Source: Escherichia coli
Lineage (GTDB): Bacteria; Pseudomonadota; Gammaproteobacteria; Enterobacterales; Enterobacteriaceae
Assembly (NCBI RefSeq): GCF_044324875.1
Contig: NZ_CP172185.1
DNA: 64,000 nt
Reading direction: 5' to 3' (one strand)
A model generated the notes under the pieces. That model saw nothing but the letters and a program-made list of their open reading frames with translations, was not told the origin of the DNA and did no database searches. Shown here one piece after another: positions 32,161 to 41,129 of this stretch; positions within the stretch are counted from its first letter, which is position 1; each line of letters begins with the position of its first letter. The translations under genes were made by a program, and so were the position numbers.

Positions 32161-32566
32161 CGGTAAATACCCATCCGGACTTATTGCCTGCTCAAACCAA
32201 CGTTAATAGCCATCCTAAAATAGACGAAGCGCCAGCCAATTCCCGCAGCGCATCTAGTGTCATCAGGATTATAAATACCCAAATAAACGGATTCATTTTG
32301 CTGTGTGTCATTTATTACTGATGCGCAGTTATTCTACCGCTTTGTAAGTAGTAAAATAGTTAACCCGATCAAGACTACTATTATTGGTAGCTAAATTTCC
32401 CTTAAGTCACAATACGTTATTATCAACGCTGTAATTTATTCAGCGTTTGTACATATCGTTACACGCTGAAACCAACCACTCACGGAAGTCTGCCATTCCC
32501 AGGGATATAGTTATTTCAACGGCCCCGCAGTGGGGTTAAATGAAAAAACAAATTGAGGGTATGACA

Positions 32567-32875
32567 ATGAAAAAAGTATTAGCTCTGGTTGTTGCCGCTG
32601 CTATGGGTCTGTCTTCTGCTGCCTTTGCTGCAGAGACTGCGACCACACCTGCTCCGACTGCGACGACCACCAAAGCAGCGCCGGCGAAAACCACACATCA
32701 TAAAAAACAGCATAAAGCAGCACCTGCCCAGAAAGCGCAGGCGGCTAAAAAGCATCATAAAAATGCCAAAGCTGAACAGAAAGCTCCTGAACAAAAAGCG
32801 CAGGCAGCGAAGAAACACGCCAAGAAACACAGCCATCAGCAACCGGCAAAACCTGCTGCACAACCCGCAGCGTAA
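32567..32875 (+). CDS. asr: Asr acid-shock periplasmic protein, 102 aa
   Basis: Signal peptide then low-complexity Ala/Lys/His/Gln-rich repeats. Confidence 0.9.
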   Translation: MKKVLALVVAAAMGLSSAAFAAETATTPAPTATTTKAAPAKTTHHKKQHKAAPAQKAQAAKKHHKNAKAEQKAPEQKAQAAKKHAKKHSHQQPAKPAAQPAA

Positions 32876-32967
32876 GTTATCAATAGTAATGCTGGCGCGC
32901 CCCCTCGCGCCTGAAAATTACGGTGCTAAGCGGATAACGTTTAGCACCGCCTTTAGCGGAGGGTAGT

Positions 32968-33051
32968 ATGGTGGGCCGTTATCGCTTTGAGTTCATTCTT
33001 ATCATCCTTATTTTATGCGCACTGATTGCCGCCCGTTTTTATCTTTCCTGA
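32968..33051 (+). CDS. ydgU: YdgU 27-aa small membrane protein
   Basis: ATG at 32968 encodes MVGRYRFEFILIILILCALIAARFYLS with stop at 33049-33051; SD ggaggg upstream. Confidence 0.7.
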   Translation: MVGRYRFEFILIILILCALIAARFYLS

Positions 33052-33150
33052 TCGTAGTTATCTGATTTTACTCCCACTTTCATCCCGTCCCGTCTATAGT
33101 ATTTATGAGGGTTTGCTTTTAATAATCATAATTACCCACCAGAGTGTGAT

Positions 33151-33972
33151 ATGCGTACAACCATTGCTGTAGTGTTGGGTGCAATTAGTTTGACGTCTGC
33201 TTTTGTGTTTGCAGATAAACCAGACGTTGCCAAATCGGCAAACGATGAGGTCAGCACCCTGTTTTTTGGTCATGATGATCGTGTGCCAGTGAATGACACG
33301 ACCCAATCACCGTGGGATGCGGTTGGCCAACTGGAAACGGCCAGCGGCAATTTATGTACGGCGACGCTGATTGCACCCAATCTGGCATTAACGGCAGGAC
33401 ACTGTTTATTGACGCCGCCAAAGGGTAAAGCCGATAAAGCGGTGGCGCTGCGTTTTGTGTCAAATAAAGGTCTTTGGCGCTATGAGATCCACGACATAGA
33501 AGGCCGCGTTGACCCGACACTGGGAAAGCGGTTAAAAGCAGATGGGGATGGTTGGATTGTTCCTCCCGCAGCTGCGCCGTGGGACTTCGGTTTGATTGTG
33601 CTACGTAATCCCCCTTCTGGCATTACACCATTGCCGTTATTTGAGGGAGATAAAGCCGCGCTTACCGCCGCATTAAAAGCGGCAGGTCGTAAAGTGACTC
33701 AGGCGGGATACCCTGAAGATCATCTCGATACGTTGTACAGTCATCAAAACTGTGAAGTGACTGGCTGGGCGCAAACGTCGGTGATGTCGCATCAGTGCGA
33801 TACCTTGCCGGGTGACAGCGGTTCGCCTCTGATGTTGCATACCGATGACGGCTGGCAATTAATTGGGGTGCAAAGTTCGGCTCCTGCCGCGAAAGATCGC
33901 TGGCGCGCCGATAACCGGGCCATTTCTGTTACCGGTTTTCGCGACAGGCTGGATCAACTGTCGCAAAAATAA
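33151..33972 (+). CDS. ydgD: YdgD secreted trypsin-like serine protease, 273 aa
   Basis: Signal peptide; TAGHC (His) and GDSGSP (Ser) catalytic motifs. Confidence 0.9.
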   Translation: MRTTIAVVLGAISLTSAFVFADKPDVAKSANDEVSTLFFGHDDRVPVNDTTQSPWDAVGQLETASGNLCTATLIAPNLALTAGHCLLTPPKGKADKAVALRFVSNKGLWRYEIHDIEGRVDPTLGKRLKADGDGWIVPPAAAPWDFGLIVLRNPPSGITPLPLFEGDKAALTAALKAAGRKVTQAGYPEDHLDTLYSHQNCEVTGWAQTSVMSHQCDTLPGDSGSPLMLHTDDGWQLIGVQSSAPAAKDRWRADNRAISVTGFRDRLDQLSQK

Positions 33973-34010
33973 TGTTCAAACGCTGCCCGACAGCGCGGGC
34001 AGCGTGTTCA

Positions 34011-34340
34011 TCAGGCAAGTTTCACCATGATCATTCCAGCCAACAGCAAGACCAGGCCAATCCAGCCTTTACGATTTAACCGTTGACCAAACAAGATCCA
34101 ACCTGCGGCTAACGTGGCGGCAATACCAAACCCGCCCCACAATGCATAAGCGACAGACAAGTCGATCCCTTTAACGGCCTGAGAAAGCGCACTAAAGGCA
34201 GCCAGCACCGCCGCCAGAGAGAGCACGCCAAATATTTTGCGACGAAAGCCGTCAGAAAATTTCAAAAAAACGTTAGCAACGATTTCCAGCACGATTGCCA
34301 ATGCCAGCCAGGCGGCGTGAACCCATTCAAACTGCGCCAT
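34011..34340 (-). CDS. mdtI: MdtI SMR-family spermidine exporter subunit, 109 aa
   Basis: 4-TM SMR translation; overlaps mdtJ. Confidence 0.9.
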
Positions 34341-34692
34341 GGTTCACCTCCAGTTCAGGTTTACGCGCTTTACGGGTACCTGATTTGATCAACACAATCC
34401 CGGCCACCAGGGTGGTTAACCCGGCAATTTTCATCAGCGATAAACTTTCGTCGAATAACAAAACGCTAAACAAGGTAATAAATAAAATACCGATACCTTC
34501 CCACAGCGCATAAGCCACGCCTAAGGCGATCTTTTTAACGGCGAAAGAGAGAAATATATACGACAGAGAAATCATCACCAGCATTAAAATAAAGCCGCCA
34601 TTTCCCTCACTGACGCTCGCCCATTTCATGGACAGCGTACCGGTAATTTCTGTAGCAATAGCCAGACCTAATAAAATCCAATAAATATACAT
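34327..34692 (-). CDS. mdtJ: MdtJ SMR-family spermidine exporter subunit, 121 aa
   Basis: 4-TM SMR translation upstream of mdtI. Confidence 0.9.
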
Positions 34693-35103
34693 TGTCCTTC
34701 TCCTGCAAGAGAATTATTTTAATTTTCGCTTAATTCAGCGAAACCAAAGTAAAGTGGTCAAGCTCCGCGCATGGCGCAAGCTTAGGCAGAAGTAAGGACT
34801 AAAGCGCGTTGCGCCAGTGTTGCTCACCTACGAGCAAGATAGTGGATGAGGTACGAAGATGGGTAAATGTAGAAAATAACGCCCTGAACAAATTGTCCAT
34901 AATATTACAATTATCCGCAGTGTTGCTTCTCGTCATCGCGGATGATAATTGTCCTCGGTAGTTGAACACGCCTGATTTGTATCATAGCTTAAGAATTAAC
35001 TCAAAATATTTTCACTTCTTTACCTGAGCGGTTTGATTTTCGTTATGATGACGGAGCGAAAAAGACATTATTATTAGCAAAGGAAGAAAAAACGGGGACA
35101 AGC

Positions 35104-35240
35104 ATGGCAAAGCCGATCATCACGCTCAATGGCCTAAAAATCGTCATTATGTTGGGAATGCTGGTCATTATTCTCTGCGGTATCCGTTTTGCCGCCGAGA
35201 TCATCGTGCCGTTTATTCTCGCATTATTTATTGCTGTTAT
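35104..35240 (+). pseudogene. tqsA: tqsA (AI-2 exporter) 5' fragment, first ~45 codons, truncated by element insertion
   Basis: ATG at 35104 encodes [45 protein letters not shown], then the frame runs into AT-rich foreign sequence and stops within ~25 bp; the rest of the gene resumes at 50814. Confidence 0.88.
35232..35240. repeat. Left attachment-site core (attL), 9-bp TGCTGTTAT
   Basis: Same 9-mer recurs at 50813-50821, where the tqsA reading frame resumes. Confidence 0.7.
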
Positions 35241-35316
35241 ATATAACTTATTTCACTTAACACATTGATTTAATTAAATAATTTACACTACAAAAAGTGC
35301 CAAAAATCGCAAATTA

Positions 35317-35369
35317 ACTACACCATTAACTACACCGTTCGGCGCACTGTATGAAACAACGTGGAACAA
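35317..35369 (+). repeat. Left-arm repeat cluster: 2x ACTACACC (12-bp spacing) then GAAACAACGTGGAACAA
   Basis: ACTACACC at 35317-35324 and 35329-35336; 17-mer at 35353-35369 recurs inverted at 49334-49350. Confidence 0.6.
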
Positions 35370-35559
35370 ATAGGCACAAGAAATATAAAGGCGGGTAATT
35401 TTTAGGGGGCGTTAATGTCGATATGGGGATCCACATATCGAGATTGATACCTGGCTTTTTTTCCGGTTAACCTTTAATCAGGCTGGTGGGCTTTACCTGT
35501 TCTGTAGGAGTGGTCATTATGACCATTCAGCCAATGACCTTAATCAGAATTTTTCGCTA

Positions 35560-35590
35560 AAAAATGACGTTGGCCACGTCATCCGGAAAG
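35560..35590 (-). terminator. Probable terminator at the end of the packaging operon
   Basis: Palindrome atgacgttggccacgtcat followed by a T6 run on the minus strand. Confidence 0.45.
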
Positions 35591-35652
35591 CACAAAATCA
35601 CGTCGATTTTTAATGGATGGTTAAACCGTCTTTATCTCGATGTCCGTACGTA

Positions 35653-35943
35653 TTACGTACGCAGTCGTTCCGGCTTCTTCCAGTGGTACGTATTTTTCGC
35701 GCTCTCCCTCCGTTGTTGAGAACGGCGACGGTATGCCAGCAACTCAAGGACTCTTGTTCGTATGTTGCGCATATCCACGCCGTTAAGCTCAATACCATCA
35801 CGGCGCATCACCTCCGCAACAACACGCACATAATTTTCGGCGGTCACGCTGTCCGGCTGCGTGGCCTGTTCGTCATGCTGCTGGCTGATTCCGGTAACGC
35901 GGCGGATTAATCCCAGTAGTTCGGCTTCGCTCATTCTCGTCAT
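35653..35943 (-). CDS. Hypothetical protein (96 aa), start overlaps terL stop (ATGA)
   Basis: ORF start overlaps the terL stop; no recognisable motif. Confidence 0.4.
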   Translation of the reverse strand: MTRMSEAELLGLIRRVTGISQQHDEQATQPDSVTAENYVRVVAEVMRRDGIELNGVDMRNIRTRVLELLAYRRRSQQRRESAKNTYHWKKPERLRT

Positions 35944-37601
35944 ACCCCATCAAACGCCGCAAGCCGCTCTTTGTGGCTGTCGCTCATATCGAATGCAAAT
36001 TCCTCATGCTCTGCCTGGAATGTGCCAAACGCCATCAGCGCCGCAACGCTCGGGTCTATCTTGTTGGATGATTTTTTCTTGTTCGGCTTGATATTGGCGT
36101 TCGCGTCACTCTGCATCACAACATTACTCATTGACCAGGCCAGCACCGGATCACCACGATGCACAATCACCTTCCGGTTAACAAAAACTTCGAACGATTT
36201 CGCCGCCGGACTGAAACGAAGGTATGTTTGCGGGAACGGCTCCACCTCAAATCCCGCCCCCTGTAGCTGTGTTCTCAGGTGAGTGGCGTTCCATGTATCG
36301 AAGCCCACCAGCCTGATACTGAAATTCTCTGCATCCGCCATGATGTCATCACGGATACGGTCATAATCAATGCAGTCACCCGGTGTTGTGCGTATCCAGC
36401 CAGCCTTTACCCACTGGCGATAGATGGCGCGGTTTTTATTGGCGGGGTTCTGTAGCTGAAATTCCGGCAGATAGTGACGGGAAACCAGCATAATTTTTTT
36501 ACCGACCGGGAAGGCATAGCACACGCTGGAAATATCGCTGGTTGATGATAAGTCCAGCCCCGCGTAGCACTCCTGCCCGTATAAATCCGCCTCCGCGAAC
36601 GTTCCGGCGCACTCCGCCCATGCACCGTTACCCATCCACGGCGTAGCCCCCTGACACCAGATATTGAATCGCTTGGTGAGCATTTCCACCCACTGCGACG
36701 GAATACCCCGCGCTTTCTGGATGGTTGAGGCCAGTTTTTCACGATCGACGGAAACATCGATATTGGGATTCGCCTTTATCCACATCGCCGGATCGTCAAC
36801 CTCGCTTTCATCATCCAGCTCGTAAATCAGCACGAACATGGATTCGTTCACCTCTTCACCATCCAGTATCTGGCAGCAATAGTCATAGTGTTGTTTACAG
36901 GCTGAAACAACGTTGCTCCCCGATGTGGTGATGGCAAATAACAGCCCCTCCGGACGCGCCCCCATTCCCAGCTCAAGCGCGGAATAAACCCCGTTGTCAG
37001 GGTGCAGGTGATATTCATCCACAATGGCAAGACTCGGGTTTGTACCTTCAATGGTTGCCGCTTTTGCTGCCAGTGGCTTTAACAGGCTGTTGGTTTTCGC
37101 GTGTATCACCTTGTGTGCCTGAATATTTACCCGCTTTCGTAACGGTCGGGATAAAAGGCACATCTGACGCGCATCATCAAACACGATCCGCGCCTGATCA
37201 CGACTCACGGCGGCGGTGTAAATATCCTGCTGCCCGTTTTCCATAACCAGAAACCAGTTAGCCAGGATAGCGGCGACCGTGGATTTGGCATTTTTTCGCG
37301 GTACTTCAATGAATGCGCTGGTGTATTTGCGCCGTCCGGTGGCCTTAACCTTAAAGCCCAGGATGCACGCAAAGGCGAACTGCTGCCACGGCTCCAGCTC
37401 AATGGGGCTACCGCGCATTGCGCCTTTTACGTGCGGACACACCCTGGAAAAGGCAATAAACCGCTCCACGACCTCCGGATCGAACGTGTAAAGGGGGTTT
37501 TCAAGGTCAGAAAAATACCGTTTAACAGCCTGTTTCAGTCGTTTACAGGCCGTAATTTTGCCGTTTTTTACGCCTTCTGCGTACTCATGCCAGGCGGTCA
37601 A
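35940..37601 (-). CDS. terL: Terminase large subunit, 553 aa
   Basis: ATPase P-loop-like VPRKNAKST and Walker B-like LAIVDEYH, C-terminal nuclease-like region; overlaps terS 3' end. Confidence 0.85.
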   Translation of the reverse strand: MTAWHEYAEGVKNGKITACKRLKQAVKRYFSDLENPLYTFDPEVVERFIAFSRVCPHVKGAMRGSPIELEPWQQFAFACILGFKVKATGRRKYTSAFIEVPRKNAKSTVAAILANWFLVMENGQQDIYTAAVSRDQARIVFDDARQMCLLSRPLRKRVNIQAHKVIHAKTNSLLKPLAAKAATIEGTNPSLAIVDEYHLHPDNGVYSALELGMGARPEGLLFAITTSGSNVVSACKQHYDYCCQILDGEEVNESMFVLIYELDDESEVDDPAMWIKANPNIDVSVDREKLASTIQKARGIPSQWVEMLTKRFNIWCQGATPWMGNGAWAECAGTFAEADLYGQECYAGLDLSSTSDISSVCYAFPVGKKIMLVSRHYLPEFQLQNPANKNRAIYRQWVKAGWIRTTPGDCIDYDRIRDDIMADAENFSIRLVGFDTWNATHLRTQLQGAGFEVEPFPQTYLRFSPAAKSFEVFVNRKVIVHRGDPVLAWSMSNVVMQSDANANIKPNKKKSSNKIDPSVAALMAFGTFQAEHEEFAFDMSDSHKERLAAFDGV

Positions 37602-37941
37602 GCTCGTCCTCTTCCTCTGTTTCCGGTGGATTTCTGCGGCGGCTTACCGGGTCAAAACCCAGCAAAGAAGCCATTTTGATCATTATTCTTTCCGCGTCAG
37701 CCTTTGCGCTCAGGGCGGGGTTTCTGCTCTCGCTGCCCTGACTGTTAACAATGCTGAACCCGCGCGTGGCAAGGTCTTCGACGGCTTTGCGGTATATGGA
37801 GTAGTTAACGCAATACAGCTCCAGATTGCTCCAGTCGGCGGGAGTAAGGTCTTCCCGTCCGGAAAGCTGGCGCGATTTTTCCTTCCACTGCCTGACCGCG
37901 ATTTCATCCAGGTAAGCGGGGGCTTTTGGTGGTCTTGCCAT
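37585..37941 (-). CDS. terS: Terminase small subunit (P27-type), ~118 aa
   Basis: Translation MARPPKAPAYLDEIAVRQWKEKSRQL...; overlaps terL start by 17 nt. Confidence 0.7.
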   Translation of the reverse strand: MARPPKAPAYLDEIAVRQWKEKSRQLSGREDLTPADWSNLELYCVNYSIYRKAVEDLATRGFSIVNSQGSESRNPALSAKADAERIMIKMASLLGFDPVSRRRNPPETEEEDELDRLA

Positions 37942-38004
37942 GTTCTTTTTTCGCCCAATTATTTTCAAAAAAATTCCCGTGCACAAAAATTTGAGCAGGC
38001 GGTC

Positions 38005-38060
38005 GGTTCTGGGCGGGGTCGGGTTCGTCCTGAAAACTCCCCCCCACCCCGTCCGGCTGC
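38005..38060. other. Candidate cos/packaging-initiation region (GC-rich, lambda-cosN-like)
   Basis: gggcggggtcgggttcgtcc and ctcccccccaccccgtccggc between the HNH module and terS; resembles the lambda cohesive end GGGCGGCGACCT. Confidence 0.35.
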
Positions 38061-38064
38061 CTCA

Positions 38065-38247
38065 TCAGCGATTGCGGAAACATTCCATAACCTCGCGGTC
38101 ACGGTCGTTTAATCGCGTCGCTGTGATGCGTTCTGCGCGTCCTGATGCTTTATCTTTATGCCCTGTTTCCTGTGCCTTCCATGCGTCACGCTGCCTTATC
38201 AGTCCACGAATAAGGCTGTTTTGTTCCCGTTCATTCATCAGCGTCAT
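38065..38247 (-). CDS. Possible small hypothetical protein (60 aa) between HNH and terS
   Basis: Internal ATG of the 38065..38481 ORF, starting just before the HNH stop. Confidence 0.3.
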   Translation of the reverse strand: MTLMNEREQNSLIRGLIRQRDAWKAQETGHKDKASGRAERITATRLNDRDREVMECFRNR

Positions 38248-38671
38248 ACATCCAGTTATTGCGGTTGGCTGCCCGTTCTTCCTCCTCACGGAATCCGCCA
38301 ACTGCACGCTTGTTTTTTGTGGCCGGATCAAGCCATTTCGTTTTCTGGTTATGACACGCCTGACACAATGGCTGATGATTCCACTCAGGCCAGAAGAGAA
38401 CATCATTACCGCCATCGATGGGGATAATGTGATCCACCACCACGGCGGGCGTGTATATTCCTTTTTCCAGGCAATGCGCACATAACGGGTTTTTACTCAG
38501 GTACATAGCGCGGTATTTCTCCCACTGCCTCGTATACCCTCGCTCCCTGCTGCTGCCTCTCCGGCTGTCCTGCTGCTGGCGTGCGCTGCGTCTGTGCTCC
38601 TCACACTTGCCGGACTTCACGCGCCTGTTGCAGCCTGGTTGTGTGCATCGTCTCAATGGTTGCCACGGCAT
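38231..38671 (-). CDS. HNH endonuclease (terminase-associated), 146 aa
   Basis: Zn-finger/HNH motifs CTQPGCN...CEEH, CAHC, VDHIIPIDGGND, NHQPLCQACHNQK. Confidence 0.85.
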   Translation of the reverse strand: MPWQPLRRCTQPGCNRRVKSGKCEEHRRSARQQQDSRRGSSRERGYTRQWEKYRAMYLSKNPLCAHCLEKGIYTPAVVVDHIIPIDGGNDVLFWPEWNHQPLCQACHNQKTKWLDPATKNKRAVGGFREEEERAANRNNWMYDADE

Positions 38672-38967
38672 CAGTACACCCCCACATCACGATAAACCGA
38701 CCAGAGCGCGGAAATCGTCAGGGGAATTTCTTTTGTATCGGTATCGCCAAGCGTTGTCCGGTACTCGTACAGTTGCGAGATGTACATCAGGCAACCAATT
38801 TTTATTGCAGGGGTAAATTCCAGGCCGTCATCAAAACGCCTGCCAATATGCTTCTGGCATACCTCCAGCGCCGCGCTTATGTATGCCTGAATCAGTGTGT
38901 CTTCTGTGTTACCATCTATGCGGCAGTGAAGTTTGGCCTCTTCCAGGGTTATTTTTTCTGCTGTCAT
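38671..38967 (-). CDS. gp6-like head-tail connector protein, 98 aa
   Basis: N-terminal LEEAKLHCRID...DTLIQAYISAALE signature. Confidence 0.65.
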   Translation of the reverse strand: MTAEKITLEEAKLHCRIDGNTEDTLIQAYISAALEVCQKHIGRRFDDGLEFTPAIKIGCLMYISQLYEYRTTLGDTDTKEIPLTISALWSVYRDVGVY

Positions 38968-39302
38968 TTTTCTGTACCCACCTTTGCCAGAATTTCCAGC
39001 CGGGTTCTTTTCGCATCAGGTAAGGGGATCCCGATGATATTAAGCGTGCTCCCGGCAAAAGCGCCGGTAAGCACTTTCAGGCGACTGGCGGCGGATATGT
39101 CGCCACGATAGCGAACCCATACCCGAATCGTTGCAGGTGCGGTTTCTGCGCCTGCGGTCAGTAATTCCCGTCCGCTGATCCCCTTGACCTCTGCCCAGAT
39201 GGTTTCCCCTTCCGTCCATATCTGCTGGATCGCACCTGACGGCAGGCGCTGTGTGGTAAATGTCATAATCGTCACCCGGTCCCGCATCTTTCCGGCTATC
39301 AT
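38964..39302 (-). CDS. Head-tail joining / head closure protein, 112 aa
   Basis: Size, position next to portal, and the typical RDRVTI...WAEVKGISGRE pattern. Confidence 0.6.
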   Translation of the reverse strand: MIAGKMRDRVTIMTFTTQRLPSGAIQQIWTEGETIWAEVKGISGRELLTAGAETAPATIRVWVRYRGDISAASRLKVLTGAFAGSTLNIIGIPLPDAKRTRLEILAKVGTEK

Positions 39303-40516
39303 TCGTCACCGCCCTTACTGTTCTTGCTGATTGTCACTTCCTGCTTCCATGCCTGGCTGAACTCGTCGCCACCTTCACGCGGCGGCATTCCCTCACGCTC
39401 ACGGGCTTCGTTCGGATTGATGATCCCGTTCTTAATCCCTTTCTCATACGTGGCGTAACGTTCGGTAGGGGTGGCGCGTAATAAATCGGCTGAATCAAAC
39501 TCAACCAGATAACGGGTACCAGGTACGGGAGAAGCCACCAGCAAAGCAGCCTTGATTTGCTGTTCGAAGTTCGCCAGCCACGGGCGCATTGTCATGGTCA
39601 GAAACGCGCGGCTTGCCTCACTGAAATTGCTGTAGGTGCTGTTGCTGTATTCCTGCAAAAAAATCGGCGAGACGTTGAACATTCGGGCGATGTCTTCAAT
39701 GGTAAAGCGACGGGAGGCCAGCCATTCAGCATCCTGATTACTCATGCCCAGCTGCTGATAGCTCATACCCCCTTCAAGGATGGGCGTTTTTCCGGCGTTT
39801 CTGGCCCCTTTGTAGCGTTCCAGTGCGGCTAATGCCTGTTTGCCCTTCACGCCGTCCAGCCATTCGCCTGACGTGATAACCCCTGCCGCCATCATGCCAT
39901 CACGCATCACGCTCGCGCCGTGGCGTTGTTGGGCCAGCCCAAGCCCCAGCGATTCGCGGCAGATGGTTACAGGTGAGCGCCCCATAAAGCCGTCATCCGT
40001 GGAGTAACGAAGGTGGAGAACCTCCCACGGTAAATAGTTGCGGGTGTTTCCGGTGTAGGCGTCAGTGATGCAGTAGCGCCAGTTATGCTCACCTGTCTGC
40101 TCCACGTTCACCGACTGCGGCGGGTAAGGATGTAAAGCCACCGGAAAACCATCACGCCCCCACTGAATAACCGCATAAGCATTACCGTTTAACAGGCAGT
40201 GGCGGATCATCATTCGCTTAAACTGGTAGGGGGTTTGCCATGCGTTCGGGCGCTCGTTGAGGATGTGATCGACCGGATGAGAATCAAGCCACTCGCGGGC
40301 CTCCTTCCCCTTCTCATTGCGTACCAGGTACAGGTAACACGGCATGGTAGCCACCGCCTCAGAGATGACCGTCACGGCGTTCATGACGGCGGGCAGTGAT
40401 TCCGCTGTCCCCGATGATACGTACTCACCCGCCCCCGTGTTCGATGTGCCCGCCAGCGCCATAAATTCATCAAGCGTCATGCTGCGCTGCTCTTTTTTTC
40501 TTCTGAAAAGCCACAT
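39299..40516 (-). CDS. Portal protein (HK97-type), 405 aa
   Basis: Length and position between protease and connector genes; HK97-portal-like translation. Confidence 0.8.
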   Translation of the reverse strand: MWLFRRKKEQRSMTLDEFMALAGTSNTGAGEYVSSGTAESLPAVMNAVTVISEAVATMPCYLYLVRNEKGKEAREWLDSHPVDHILNERPNAWQTPYQFKRMMIRHCLLNGNAYAVIQWGRDGFPVALHPYPPQSVNVEQTGEHNWRYCITDAYTGNTRNYLPWEVLHLRYSTDDGFMGRSPVTICRESLGLGLAQQRHGASVMRDGMMAAGVITSGEWLDGVKGKQALAALERYKGARNAGKTPILEGGMSYQQLGMSNQDAEWLASRRFTIEDIARMFNVSPIFLQEYSNSTYSNFSEASRAFLTMTMRPWLANFEQQIKAALLVASPVPGTRYLVEFDSADLLRATPTERYATYEKGIKNGIINPNEAREREGMPPREGGDEFSQAWKQEVTISKNSKGGDE

Positions 40517-40517
40517 A

Positions 40518-41090
40518 TCACACCCCCGCTAAATCCACCCACCAGCGGCGATTATCCGCACGCGGCATTTTTTCGGGGTGCTGCTCATACAGGGAACGGC
40601 GGGCCAGCTCCACGCCAGAATCGGGGTAAGCCGGTACCGATGTAACGGTAATTTCGTACAGTTCCGCCACCAGCACGGTACGAACGCATGGATCTGTTGT
40701 GGTATCCCATACATCCTTACGGGAGCGAAAGCCAAAGCTCATGCCGGATATATCACCGCGTTTAACCAGTTCGATAACGTCGCGCCCTGTACTGGTATCC
40801 GGTGGGGTCAGTTCAAAGCGTAACCCTGTTTCGTCCTCTTCCAGTTTCAGCGTGCCGGAACGGGTGCGCCCCAGTAACATGCTGTGGTCATGCTCATACA
40901 GGCCGCGAACGTCATTACCCGCCGCAAGCCATTCAGTAAACGCCCCCCGCTGGAATTTTTCGTAAAACTCACCCCATAACAGTTCTGAAAGCTTATCCCA
41001 GCGAACAACGTAGCCCGTCAGCGTACCGGCTCCGCTCGTGGTGATTTCCGATGACCGGATTTCCATACTCTTCATAATTTTTTCACCCAT
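40518..41090 (-). CDS. Prohead protease (HK97 family), 190 aa
   Basis: Translation resembles HK97-type prohead protease; lies between capsid and portal. Confidence 0.75.
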   Translation of the reverse strand: MGEKIMKSMEIRSSEITTSGAGTLTGYVVRWDKLSELLWGEFYEKFQRGAFTEWLAAGNDVRGLYEHDHSMLLGRTRSGTLKLEEDETGLRFELTPPDTSTGRDVIELVKRGDISGMSFGFRSRKDVWDTTTDPCVRTVLVAELYEITVTSVPAYPDSGVELARRSLYEQHPEKMPRADNRRWWVDLAGV

Positions 41091-41129
41091 AAAACACTAA
41101 AGGGGCTTTTAAGCCCCTTCTGTATGCTG

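Noticed and set aside
32579-32966. Two overlapping ORFs (94 and 125 aa) in other frames across asr
   Set aside because: Artefacts of the repetitive Ala/Lys/Gln-rich asr coding sequence; asr at 32567..32875 is the real gene.
38065-38481. 138-aa ORF overlapping the 3' half of the HNH gene in another frame
   Set aside because: The overlapping part is probably not translated; only the downstream 60 codons (38065..38247) are kept as a low-confidence small gene.
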